The notes below the pieces were generated by a model. That model searched no databases. It saw only the letters and a program-made list of their open reading frames with translations, and was not told the DNA's origin. Shown piece by piece: positions 19,565-28,574 of a DNA stretch of 64,000 nucleotides; position 1 is the first letter of the stretch, and each line of letters begins with the position of its first letter. Made by a program: the position numbers and the translations under genes. The DNA is from Alphaproteobacteria bacterium (GTDB taxonomy: Bacteria > Pseudomonadota > Alphaproteobacteria > GCA-2731375). The stretch spans positions 2,496,001 through 2,560,000 of the forward strand of contig CBDDPY010000002.1 of the NCBI GenBank assembly GCA_965232515.1, written 5' to 3'.

Positions 19565-20275
19565 ATGCAGGACCAGGCTGACGAGACCTTGTCGACGTTC
19601 CTGCGGCGGAACCCGCTGTTCAGCGATCTGTCGGACGCCGATTTCGCCGACATCGCCGCGCGCATCCGCGAGGTTACGGTGCCGCGCGGATCGGCGGTGT
19701 TCAATCAGGACGACCCGGCGCACACCTTCTTCATCGTCATCGACGGCTGGGTGAAGGTGTTCCGCACGACGATGGCCGGCGAGGAAGCGGTGATCGGCGT
19801 GTTCACCCGGGGCCAGAGCTTCGCCGAGATCGCCGCCCTGGCGCGGCAGAACTATCCGGCGCACGCGCATGCCGTGACCGATGCACGCCTCGCCGAAATT
19901 CCCGTCGATCGCATCGTCGGCAGCATCGCGCATAACCCCGAGGTGGCGCTGGTCATGCTGGCCTCCATCTCGCGCCATGTGCGCCGCCTCGTCGACGAGA
20001 TCGAGAGCATGAAGGGCCTGTCGGGCATCCAGCGCGTCGCCGAATTCCTGATCGCCCAGAGCCCGGTCGAGAGCGGCGCCTGCACCGTGCGCCTGCCCTA
20101 CGAAAAGGCGCTGATCGCGGCCAAGCTCGGCATGAAAGCCGAGAGCCTGTCGCGCGTGTTCCAGCGCCTGCGAAAGTTCGGCGTGCATATCAAGCGCGAC
20201 ATGGCCGTGATCAACGACGTCGAGGCCCTGCACGACGTCGTCGAGCGCGAGCGGCTTTCGGCCGAATCCAGCTAG
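19565..20275 (+). CDS. Crp/Fnr regulator, DNR/NnrR type
   Basis: GQSFAE motif and recognition helix AESLSR; no N-terminal Fe-S cysteines; divergent from nosR. Confidence 0.88.
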   Translation: MQDQADETLSTFLRRNPLFSDLSDADFADIAARIREVTVPRGSAVFNQDDPAHTFFIVIDGWVKVFRTTMAGEEAVIGVFTRGQSFAEIAALARQNYPAHAHAVTDARLAEIPVDRIVGSIAHNPEVALVMLASISRHVRRLVDEIESMKGLSGIQRVAEFLIAQSPVESGACTVRLPYEKALIAAKLGMKAESLSRVFQRLRKFGVHIKRDMAVINDVEALHDVVERERLSAESS

Positions 20276-20496
20276 CCTGACGCCCCCTCCCGCACCTGTG
20301 TGACAGCTCACAGGTTCCGCCGGACCCTAGCCCCACATTGCCCTTTGGACAGATCGTCCGTTTCTGGCGGCCACCGCCGCATAACTACAGATCATGGACT
20401 AGTGACGGTGCGCCGATTCGAGAACATTCCGACAAGCCGAGCGACATCGTTCGGTGCCTGCATCGAGCCGGACCAACCAAAAAATGGAACGCAGCC

Positions 20497-21297
20497 ATGA
20501 ATGACACGACCAGCGGGCAAGTCATACGCAGCGCCGCCGACGTTTACGAGGAATTCTTCGTGCCGGCGCTGTTTCGGGAATGGGCCGGGCGCGTCGCCTC
20601 GGCGGCGGGCATCGCGCCCGGCCAGTATGTGCTGGACGTCGCCTGCGGCACCGGCGTGCTGGCGCGCGAGGCCGCGGAACGGACCGGGCCGGACGGCGCG
20701 GTGACCGGCATCGACCGCAACGAGGGCATGCTTGCCGTCGCCGGCCGGGTCGCGCCCGGCATCGACTGGCAATACGGGCTCGCCGAATCCCTGCCGTTCG
20801 ACGACGGCCGCTTCGACGCCGTCGTCAGCCAGTTCGGCCTGATGTTCTTCGAGGACCGCACCGCGGCGCTGGCCGAAATGTGGCGCGTGCTGCGCCCCGG
20901 CGGACGTCTCGCCGTCGCGGTCTGGGACGCGCTCGGCCGCACGCCCGGCTATGCCGCCATGACGGACCTGTTGCAGCGGCTGTTCGGCGACGCCGCCGCC
21001 GATTCCATCCGGGCACCCTACGTGCTTGGCGATCCCAAGGATCTGCAATCACTGTTCACGGCCGCCGGCATCCCGGAGGCCAGAACCGAGACGCAGAACG
21101 GCACCGCCCGCTTCCCCTCGATCGAGGCCTGGGTGCACACCGACGTCAAGGGCTGGACGCTCGCCGACATGATCGACGACGCACAGTACGAGACGCTGCG
21201 CCGCGCGGCGATCCAGGAGCTCGGCGGCTTCAAGCAGTGCGACGGCACCGTCGCCTTCCGCGCCCCCGCCCACATCGTCACCGCAACGAAGCACTGA
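20497..21297 (+). CDS. Class I SAM-dependent methyltransferase
   Basis: VLDVACGTG, LPFDDGRFDAV and RVLRPGG motifs. Confidence 0.9.
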   Translation: MNDTTSGQVIRSAADVYEEFFVPALFREWAGRVASAAGIAPGQYVLDVACGTGVLAREAAERTGPDGAVTGIDRNEGMLAVAGRVAPGIDWQYGLAESLPFDDGRFDAVVSQFGLMFFEDRTAALAEMWRVLRPGGRLAVAVWDALGRTPGYAAMTDLLQRLFGDAAADSIRAPYVLGDPKDLQSLFTAAGIPEARTETQNGTARFPSIEAWVHTDVKGWTLADMIDDAQYETLRRAAIQELGGFKQCDGTVAFRAPAHIVTATKH

Positions 21298-21311
21298 ATC
21301 GGTCGCGGACC

Positions 21312-22706
21312 TCACAAATCCTCGACGGTGACAGGGAACAGCGGCGCCAGATCGTCGACCGGCATCACGTGGTAGAGCGTGAAGCGGTAGGCCGTGCCGG
21401 CGGCCAGCTCCGGCGGCGTGAACGGAAACGCCAGGTTGCCGCCGGTCGACAGCCGGCCGGGAAAGCCGTGGTGCAGCAGATACTGCTTGGTGACGCCCGC
21501 CACCATGCGCGCCGCCGCCACGCTGGCGGCGATGCATTCGACCAGGATGAAGACCTCGTGCGGTGCATCGCCTCCGCGCGCCGGACCGACGCCGTCGCGG
21601 CCATAGACATGCACATGGAACTGAAAATCGCCGCCGGTCTGGCCGGCCACCAGCTCGCGCACCGTCGCCTCGACCCGCGGCAGGATCTCGTCCAGGCCGG
21701 CGATGAAGCGCGGATCGGCGCTGGCGCACAGCAGCACCGCCCGCTCGCCGACCCATGCGGCGCCCTCGACCTTCACGCTCGGCCGCGCCGCCGGTTCCCA
21801 GCGCGCGCCCGTGACGCAGCAGCGGTGCGCGTCGACCGCGTCGTAGCGCGCCGTGTCCAGATGCAGCACGCCGTCCGGCTCGGCCACGCGGTAAGGATCG
21901 GCCTGCTCGTAGAGCGCGTGCGCGGCGACCGACATCGGCGTGGCGTGCCGCTCGGGGTTCATGCTTTCCAGGACGAAACTGTCGCCCTCGAGCGTGCCCA
22001 GCATGGCGTCGCGGCCCCCGGGCTCGCAGCAGATCGACGTACACTCGATAATCTTCGCCATGTGCATCGACGCCGCGTCGTCGTAGCCCAGCATCTGCGG
22101 CACGGCCGCGAACACGGCGGTGTCGCAGGCCCGCCCGGCGACGATCACGTCAGGATCCAGATCCAGCGCGCGCCGGAACGCTTCGGTGCCTATCTGGCCG
22201 ACGATGTGGTCGCTCCGTTCGATGTCGTCGGCCGCGACCGCGGGCATGGCGCCGAGTGGCGTCAACGTGCCGTCCCGCAACGCCGTCTGCACAAATGCCT
22301 TCGGGATATCCGCCGCGATGGTCGCCAGCCGGAAGCGCAGCCCGTCGGCGCGGGCGATATCCCGAATCAGCTCGACGGTCGCGTCGAGATGCGGCGCCGC
22401 GCCGGCCGTGCCGGCGCTGCCGATCAGCAGCGGCACGTCGAGATCGCGCGCGCCACGCAGCACCAGCGTCAGATCGCGCCGGGTCAGCTCCGGCGACGTC
22501 GCCATGCGCCCCGCGCCCAGGTAATAGGGCCCGGGATCGATCGAGCCCATGTCGCAGCCGATGAAATCGGGCTCGCGCGCCAGCCCGGCCCGCAACGCCG
22601 CCTCGGGAATGCCGTAGCCGAGTTGTCCCGACGCGGCGAGCGCCTTGAGCGGGCCCGGCTCGGCCCGCGCCGCGAAGCGTTCGCGCAGCCGCGCCGTGGC
22701 GCTCAC
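21312..22706 (-). CDS. AtuA-like (DUF1446) protein
   Basis: GQLGYG, DMGSIDPGPYYLG, AGRACD, KIIEC and HALYE motifs; GTG start inferred from overlap with DUF4387. Confidence 0.78.
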   Translation of the reverse strand: MSATARLRERFAARAEPGPLKALAASGQLGYGIPEAALRAGLAREPDFIGCDMGSIDPGPYYLGAGRMATSPELTRRDLTLVLRGARDLDVPLLIGSAGTAGAAPHLDATVELIRDIARADGLRFRLATIAADIPKAFVQTALRDGTLTPLGAMPAVAADDIERSDHIVGQIGTEAFRRALDLDPDVIVAGRACDTAVFAAVPQMLGYDDAASMHMAKIIECTSICCEPGGRDAMLGTLEGDSFVLESMNPERHATPMSVAAHALYEQADPYRVAEPDGVLHLDTARYDAVDAHRCCVTGARWEPAARPSVKVEGAAWVGERAVLLCASADPRFIAGLDEILPRVEATVRELVAGQTGGDFQFHVHVYGRDGVGPARGGDAPHEVFILVECIAASVAAARMVAGVTKQYLLHHGFPGRLSTGGNLAFPFTPPELAAGTAYRFTLYHVMPVDDLAPLFPVTVEDL

Positions 22707-23005
22707 AGCTCCAGATCCAACAGCGGCCCGTGCTGCTGTGCGCCGTAGACGTCGCTGTCGCCCGGACTGCCGGCGACGATCTTTCGGTCCAGCACCAGCT
22801 TGATGGCGTGCGCCGGCGCATAGGGCAGCACCCGCACGGCCTCGGGCGCAAGCCCATAGAGGCCGGCGATGTTGGACGGCACCAGCGCCGGCGACTGCCG
22901 CGCCCGCTCGAACGCCGCGGCGTCGTTGAACATCAGGTCCACCGTCACCGTCAGCGGCCCGGCATTCTTGCTGCGCACCACGCGGGCAGCCTCGATCAGC
23001 CTCAT
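22703..23005 (-). CDS. DUF4387 family protein
   Basis: RSKNAGP...T.DLMF and DVYGAQQH motifs. Confidence 0.85.
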   Translation of the reverse strand: MRLIEAARVVRSKNAGPLTVTVDLMFNDAAAFERARQSPALVPSNIAGLYGLAPEAVRVLPYAPAHAIKLVLDRKIVAGSPGDSDVYGAQQHGPLLDLEL

Positions 23006-23910
23006 CCGCCCTGCCGGTCGCGGTAGGCATCCGCGATCGCGCCCGCCGTCGCCGCCCAGACGCCGTCATGCCCCATGATGTGCGCCAGTGCCTCGTCGAG
23101 ATAGCGGATGCGGTGCGCCTGCCCGAAGATCCAGGGGTGGATGCCAAGGCTCATCATGCGCCCGTCCTCGGCGCCCTCCGCGTGGAGCCGGTCGAACGCC
23201 GTGCCGACGATCTCGGGATAGCGCCAGGTGGCGATGCGCCTGAGCCAGATCAGCTGCGCGTCGTCCCAGTCGACATGGTACGGCAGCGAGACCATCGGCC
23301 GGTCCAACGTCAGCATGTAGGGCTGGTCGTCGTTCGGCCAGTCGCCAAGCCAGTCGAGCCCGGCGTCCGCCAGCAGCTCCGGCGTCCGTGGCGTCTCGCC
23401 CATGTCCTGGCTGATCCAGCCGCGCGGCCGCTGCCCGGTGGCATTCTCGACGGCCTCGATCGATTGCGCGATATAGGCGCGCTCCTCGGCCTCGTCCATG
23501 CGGCTGTTGAGCATGCGCGTCGCATGCGTGCCGTGCGCCGCGAATTCCCAACCACGCGCCCGGCACTGATCGATCAGATAGGGATAGCGTTCGCACACGG
23601 CCGCGTTCACCGCCACCGTCACCGGCAGCTTGTACTTGTCCAGCACTTCCAGCACCCGGAAGAACCCGACACGGTTGCCGTATTCGCGCGTCGAATAGGT
23701 GCGGTATTCCGGCGCAAAGTTGCCGAATTCACCGCGATAGCGCGGGTCCCGATGACTGTCCTCGGGCGGATCGAGCTCGTAATACTCCAGGTAGAGCACG
23801 GTCCAGAGCGCCACCCGCGCGCGGTCCGGCCAGACGAGCTTCGGCCGCTGCGGCAGCGGCGAATATGTGTAGAGCGCGTGGTCCATGCCCGGCGGATGCG
23901 GCTTACGCAT
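23002..23910 (-). CDS. CE4 deacetylase, PuuE allantoinase-like
   Basis: EYGNRVGFFR, PRGW, NDDQPY and HPWIFGQAHR motifs. Confidence 0.85.
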   Translation of the reverse strand: MRKPHPPGMDHALYTYSPLPQRPKLVWPDRARVALWTVLYLEYYELDPPEDSHRDPRYRGEFGNFAPEYRTYSTREYGNRVGFFRVLEVLDKYKLPVTVAVNAAVCERYPYLIDQCRARGWEFAAHGTHATRMLNSRMDEAEERAYIAQSIEAVENATGQRPRGWISQDMGETPRTPELLADAGLDWLGDWPNDDQPYMLTLDRPMVSLPYHVDWDDAQLIWLRRIATWRYPEIVGTAFDRLHAEGAEDGRMMSLGIHPWIFGQAHRIRYLDEALAHIMGHDGVWAATAGAIADAYRDRQGG

Positions 23911-24823
23911 GGCGCGCCTCCTTCGTGGCCGCGATGTGCGCCTGCACCTCGTCCCAGCAATGTTCGTAGTACCAGTCGGCCATTTCCTCGCCGGTCGCCT
24001 GCCAGACGCCGTCATGGCCCATCACGTAAGCGAGCGCGTCCTCGATGTGTTTCAGGCGATGCGGCTGGCCGACCCAGTAGGGATGCAGCGCCACGCACAT
24101 GACCCGGCCGCCGCCGTTGCCGTCGCGCGCGGTCTCGGCATAGAGCTGGTCGAAATAGTCGCGGATCATCCGGCCCATGTCGTCGGCCTCGAACGGCTGG
24201 TTGTAAAGGACGGCGTCGTTCAGCTCCATGGAGTAAGGCAGCGTGATCAGCCGGCCCGAGCGCACGTTCATGGGGAACGGCTGGTCGTCGTGGAACCAGT
24301 CGCAGAAGTATTTGATGCCGGCCTCGGCCACCAGGTCGGGCGTGTTCAACGTGTGCGACACCGCCGGCGAGAACCAGCCCGGAAGCTGCCGGCCGGTCAG
24401 CCGTCGGAAGGTCTCGATATTGTCGCGAACGTATTCCCGCTCCTCGTCCTCCGGCATGTTCCAGAGATATTCCGTGTTGTAGATGCCATGGCTGAAATAG
24501 TCCCAGCCGCGCGCCTCGCAGCCTTCGAAGATCGCCGGGTAATGCTCGAACGCCGCCAGGTTCAGCGACACCGTGCATTTAATGCCGAGCCGGTCCATCG
24601 ACTCGAACAGCCGCCACATGCCGACACGGTTGCCGTAGTCCTTGATGCCGTAGCCCAGCACGTCCGGGTGAGGCATACGCGGCCAGGGATCGCGCACCCT
24701 GACCGGTCCCGGCAAATACTGATAGTGCTCGATGTTGGGACAGACCCACAGCGCCACCCGCGCCCCGCCCGGCCATCTGAGCGGCGGCCGCGCGACAATC
24801 GGCGAATAGTCAATCCGCTCCAT
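23903..24823 (-). CDS. CE4 deacetylase, PuuE allantoinase-like (paralogue)
   Basis: PNIEHY, DYGNRVGMWR, HDDQPF, YSMELND and LHPYWVGQPHR motifs; GGAGGAG RBS. Confidence 0.87.
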   Translation of the reverse strand: MERIDYSPIVARPPLRWPGGARVALWVCPNIEHYQYLPGPVRVRDPWPRMPHPDVLGYGIKDYGNRVGMWRLFESMDRLGIKCTVSLNLAAFEHYPAIFEGCEARGWDYFSHGIYNTEYLWNMPEDEEREYVRDNIETFRRLTGRQLPGWFSPAVSHTLNTPDLVAEAGIKYFCDWFHDDQPFPMNVRSGRLITLPYSMELNDAVLYNQPFEADDMGRMIRDYFDQLYAETARDGNGGGRVMCVALHPYWVGQPHRLKHIEDALAYVMGHDGVWQATGEEMADWYYEHCWDEVQAHIAATKEARHA

Positions 24824-24847
24824 TCTGCAACTCCTCCAAAAACCGAT

Positions 24848-24957
24848 TTCACCACAGAGGGCACAGAGGACACAGAGACTCAACAACCTGCTTTTTCGGC
24901 GCTTCGCGCCAACAAACCTTTTTGTTTCTCTGTGTTCTCTGTGTTCTCTGTGGTGAA
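24848..24957. repeat. ACCACAGAG-type inverted repeat element (family C), copy 1
   Basis: Three 9-bp-period CACAGAG units, a central GGCGC-TTC-GCGCC hairpin, then three inverted units. Confidence 0.88.
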
Positions 24958-24968
24958 CTTTCCCTGGT

Positions 24969-25868
24969 CTATTTCTGGAACCGCTGTTCCAGCGCCAGCC
25001 AGCGGTCGTAGTCGAACAGATCCCAGAGTTGGCGGTGGTCGAACATGCGGTCGCGCCAGCTCTCCGTCGTGCCCGATGTCATCAGCGTCTCGAGCAGGTC
25101 CTCGCCCATGCGCCCCAGCATGCGCGTCAGCGAGTTCGGAAAGATCGCGATGGCATAGCCCAGTTCCGACAGCCGGGCCGCCGGCAGGAACGGCGTACGG
25201 CCGCCCTCCACCATGTTGGCGAGCGTCGGCCCGTCGAAACGGTCGTTGATGGCCCGCATTTCGTCCTCGCTCTCGGGCGACTCGACGAACAGCACGTCAG
25301 CGCCGGCCTCGGCATAGGACGCGGCCCGGTCGAGCGCCGCGTCGATGCCCTCTGATGTCCGTGCGTCCGTGCGGGCGATGACCACGAAATCGTCGTCGTG
25401 CCGGGCATCGACCGCCGCCTTGATCCGGCCGGTCATCTCGGCCACGTCGGCGATCTTTCGGCCCAGCTCGTGGCCGCATTTCTTCGGCCAGACCTGGTCC
25501 TCGATCTGGATGGCGCTGACGCCGGCGCGCTCGTATTCGCGCACCGTGCGGATGATGTTGAGGGGCCCGCCATAGCCGGTGTCCGCGTCCGCCACCACCG
25601 GGATGGCCACGGTGTCGGCGATGCGGCCGACCTGGTCCACCACTTCCGAAAACGACACCAGCCCGACATCGGGCGCGCCCAGCCGACTCATCGACAGACC
25701 CGAGCCGGTGACATACATGGCCCCGAACCCCGCCGACTCGACCAGCCGCGCGGTGATGCAGTCGAACGCGCCCGGCGCCACGACGATCTCGTCGTCCGCC
25801 AGCAATGTGCGCAGCCGGGCGTTCCTGCCGTCGACGTCGCGCAGGCCCGTGGGATACGCCTCACTCAT
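24969..25868 (-). CDS. Isocitrate lyase/PEP mutase family C-C lyase
   Basis: DADTGYG, EDQVWPKKCGH and ANMVEGGRTP motifs. Confidence 0.9.
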   Translation of the reverse strand: MSEAYPTGLRDVDGRNARLRTLLADDEIVVAPGAFDCITARLVESAGFGAMYVTGSGLSMSRLGAPDVGLVSFSEVVDQVGRIADTVAIPVVADADTGYGGPLNIIRTVREYERAGVSAIQIEDQVWPKKCGHELGRKIADVAEMTGRIKAAVDARHDDDFVVIARTDARTSEGIDAALDRAASYAEAGADVLFVESPESEDEMRAINDRFDGPTLANMVEGGRTPFLPAARLSELGYAIAIFPNSLTRMLGRMGEDLLETLMTSGTTESWRDRMFDHRQLWDLFDYDRWLALEQRFQK

Positions 25869-26539
25869 GACGCCGCCCGTTCCGTCACGGCCGCGGCGCG
25901 CCAGACGTTCAGAATCTCATCGGCGTCGTGCAGCGGATAGCGCTCCTCGAACAACCGCATCGAGCCCTCGTGCTGCGCCCGGTTCGGGCTGCCGACGCCG
26001 TCGCGCACGACGACCACGTAGTAGTCGTGGTAGGACGCCGCGCGCACCGTCGACTCGACGCAGCCCTCGGTGTTGTAGCCCAGCACCACCACCGTCTCGA
26101 TGCCGCGCCCCCGCAGCTTCTCGTCCAGGTCGGTGCGGTGAAAGGCGTCGGGCCGAAACTTCACCAGGTCCATATCCGCCGGCCCCGGCGCCAAGCCATC
26201 CGCCAGCGCCGCACCCCAACTGCCGGCGAGCGTATAGTCCGGCGCCTTGCCGTCGCGGTTCTTGAAGCGCAGCCAGGCCGGCGAATCGCTGGCGTTGTCC
26301 GGCAGCGTCTGCTGTTGGATGAACACGACAGGCACGCCCAGCGCCTGCGCCTCGGCGACGAAATCGACGATGCCCGGCAACTGCGCCTGCACCAGCGTCA
26401 TATCCTTGCCGGCTTGCGCGAAATGCCCGTCGTCGTGACAAAAATCGTTCTGCACGTCGACCAGCAGCACCGCCGTATGCGCCGGCGCGACCAGCTCGCC
26501 GATCGTATCCAAGACCCAGACGCCATTGATCTGCTTCAT
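25865..26539 (-). CDS. Isochorismatase-family cysteine hydrolase (amidase)
   Basis: VDVQNDF, K in KFRPDAF and catalytic Cys in TEGCVEST; start uncertain (26539 or 26599). Confidence 0.87.
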   Translation of the reverse strand: MKQINGVWVLDTIGELVAPAHTAVLLVDVQNDFCHDDGHFAQAGKDMTLVQAQLPGIVDFVAEAQALGVPVVFIQQQTLPDNASDSPAWLRFKNRDGKAPDYTLAGSWGAALADGLAPGPADMDLVKFRPDAFHRTDLDEKLRGRGIETVVVLGYNTEGCVESTVRAASYHDYYVVVVRDGVGSPNRAQHEGSMRLFEERYPLHDADEILNVWRAAAVTERAAS

Positions 26540-26689
26540 GCCCGCACCCCGATTGTCCTGACCAGCCGGCAGCATAGCCGAGCCGCCCGTCCCCGTCATG
26601 CGGGCGTCCCGCGCTCTGGTGTCCGCGCGCGAAGCATGCTGTGATCGCGCCGCTATTTGTCCCGGATCACAGCCGTATCGTCAGGGGGA

Positions 26690-26962
26690 ATGACGTTCCA
26701 ATCGCAAATGCTCGCCGTCGCCGGCCTGCTTCTGCTTGCCGCCGGCTGCGCCGGCCCGCCGAACCTGATCTCCGGCACCGCCGACAGCGTGCTGGTCGAA
26801 TACGATTTCGTCGCGCCGGTGCGCGTGACTCGGGCCGAGGCCGAGGCCAAGTGCGCCCAGTTTGGCCGCACGGCACGCTATGCCGGCGTCATCAAGTTCG
26901 TGACGCAGACCCGCCACGCCGCCGTCTACGACTGCCTGCCGCCCGACGCGGGCGGGCCTTAG
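26690..26962 (+). CDS. Small hypothetical lipoprotein
   Basis: Lipobox AAGC, AEAKCAQFGRTA and YDC; GGGGGA RBS. Confidence 0.7.
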   Translation: MTFQSQMLAVAGLLLLAAGCAGPPNLISGTADSVLVEYDFVAPVRVTRAEAEAKCAQFGRTARYAGVIKFVTQTRHAAVYDCLPPDAGGP

Positions 26963-27016
26963 CCCACAATTGGCAATGCCGAATGGGAGCGGAAAGCACA
27001 TTGCCTTCAATGCCAC

Positions 27017-27104
27017 TGGATGCCCGGGTCAAGCCCGGGCATGACCGAGAAAGGGGACGAAGACCACACAAATACGTCATTGCCGGGCTTGACCCGGCAA
27101 TCCA
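27017..27104. repeat. Inverted REP doublet (family D)
   Basis: TGGATGCCCGGGTCAAGCCCGGGCATGAC (27017-27045) and GTCATTGCCGGGCTTGACCCGGCAATCCA (27076-27104), between convergent genes. Confidence 0.85.
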
Positions 27105-27168
27105 GGGGCAAACGAGTTCCGAGTCGAAAACTCGGAGCGGCGCGCGTCAAAAAACGCTGGCGAGCGTA

Positions 27169-27366
27169 TCAGGGACCGCGGGGGCTGTACTCCTGCGCCC
27201 GCGCCCGGCGATAGGCGCGTTCGGTGCAGGCATCGATTTCGGCCTGGCTGGCGTTCGGCAAGCGCTCGCGGCATTCGCGTTCCGCCCAACCGCCGCCCCC
27301 GCCACCACTTTGACAAGCCGCCAACAGGAACGGTGCACACAACGCCACCCAGATCAGTCGTCGCAT
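27169..27366 (-). CDS. Small hypothetical lipoprotein (65 aa)
   Basis: Lipobox LAAC, poly-Gly linker, two further Cys; GGAGG RBS. Confidence 0.7.
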   Translation of the reverse strand: MRRLIWVALCAPFLLAACQSGGGGGGWAERECRERLPNASQAEIDACTERAYRRARAQEYSPRGP

Positions 27367-27529
27367 ACCGCCCTCCGCGATTGATTAACCATATGTAGGT
27401 CGCCATCACCGCGCGGCAAAGCCGCCCAGAGGCGCGGCTTGCCGTTATCGCTTTGTTATGCTGCGATCTGGGATAATGAGCGGTCGCCGATACGGCCGAC
27501 ATCAACGCCTTTTTTTGGGGGATTTCCGC

Positions 27530-28447
27530 ATGTTTGCCGCGCCACCGGTGATCGAGACCGAGGTGTTCGCCCGCCTGCCCGACGCGTTCCGCGAGGGCGA
27601 CCGGCGTTCGGACTGGCTCGACGTGCAGCGCCGCGGCGCGCCGCTGGACTCGTTCCTGGAAGGCCCCTCCTTCGACCGCGACGGCAACCTCTACTGCGTC
27701 GACATCCCCTTCGGCCGGGTCTTCCGGATTTCCCCGTCGGGCGAGTTCACGCTGGTCACCGAATACGACGGCGAGCCCAACGGCCTGAAGATCCACAAGG
27801 ACGGGCGTATTTTCATCGCCGACCACAAGAACGGCATCATGCTGCTCGACCCCGACAGCGGCTCGGTCGAGCCGTTCTACGACCGGCCGGTGCTGCAGCG
27901 CTTCAAGGGCGTGAACGACCTGTTCTTCACCAGCCGCGGCGACCTCTATTTCACCGACCAGGGCCAGACCGGCCTGCAGGACCCGACCGGCCTCGTCTAC
28001 CGCCTGCGCGCCGAGGGGCCGTTCGAGACCGTGCTCGATACCTGTCCCAGCCCGAACGGCCTGGTCTTCAACCGGGACGAGACCCAGCTGTTCGTCGCCA
28101 TGACGCGGGCCAACTGCGTCTGGCGGGCGCCGCTGATGCTGAACGACACCGCCTCCAAGGTCGGCGTCTTCGTGCAGATGTCGGGCGGCGTCGGACCCGA
28201 CGGCATGGCGCTCGACGACGACGGCAACCTCGCCGTCTGCCATGCCGGCCTCGGCGCGGTCTGGCTGTTCAGCCCGCTCGGCGAGCCGCTCGCCCGCGTC
28301 AATTCCTGCGCCGGCCTGATGACTACCAACTGCGCCTATGGCGGCCCGGACAACAAGACCCTCTACATCACCGAATCCGATTCCGGCCAGATCCTGACGG
28401 CCCGCCTAGACACCCCCGGCCGCACCATGTACGCCCACATGGACTAG
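27530..28447 (+). CDS. SMP-30/gluconolactonase family protein
   Basis: LEGPSFD, PNGL, VNDL, FTDQG and GPDGM motifs. Confidence 0.9.
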   Translation: MFAAPPVIETEVFARLPDAFREGDRRSDWLDVQRRGAPLDSFLEGPSFDRDGNLYCVDIPFGRVFRISPSGEFTLVTEYDGEPNGLKIHKDGRIFIADHKNGIMLLDPDSGSVEPFYDRPVLQRFKGVNDLFFTSRGDLYFTDQGQTGLQDPTGLVYRLRAEGPFETVLDTCPSPNGLVFNRDETQLFVAMTRANCVWRAPLMLNDTASKVGVFVQMSGGVGPDGMALDDDGNLAVCHAGLGAVWLFSPLGEPLARVNSCAGLMTTNCAYGGPDNKTLYITESDSGQILTARLDTPGRTMYAHMD

Positions 28448-28458
28448 GCTAAATCGGA

Positions 28459-28561
28459 TTAACCACAGAGTTCACAGAGCACACAGAGAACAAACCTGTT
28501 TTTTCGGCGCTTCGCGCCAACAAACTTTTTTCTCTGTGTGCTCTGTGAACTCTGTGGTGAA
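28459..28561. repeat. ACCACAGAG-type inverted repeat element (family C), copy 2
   Basis: Same arms and same core (TTTTCGGCGCTTCGCGCCAACAAAC) as 24848-24957. Confidence 0.88.
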
Positions 28562-28574
28562 AAGAACTCCTGGG

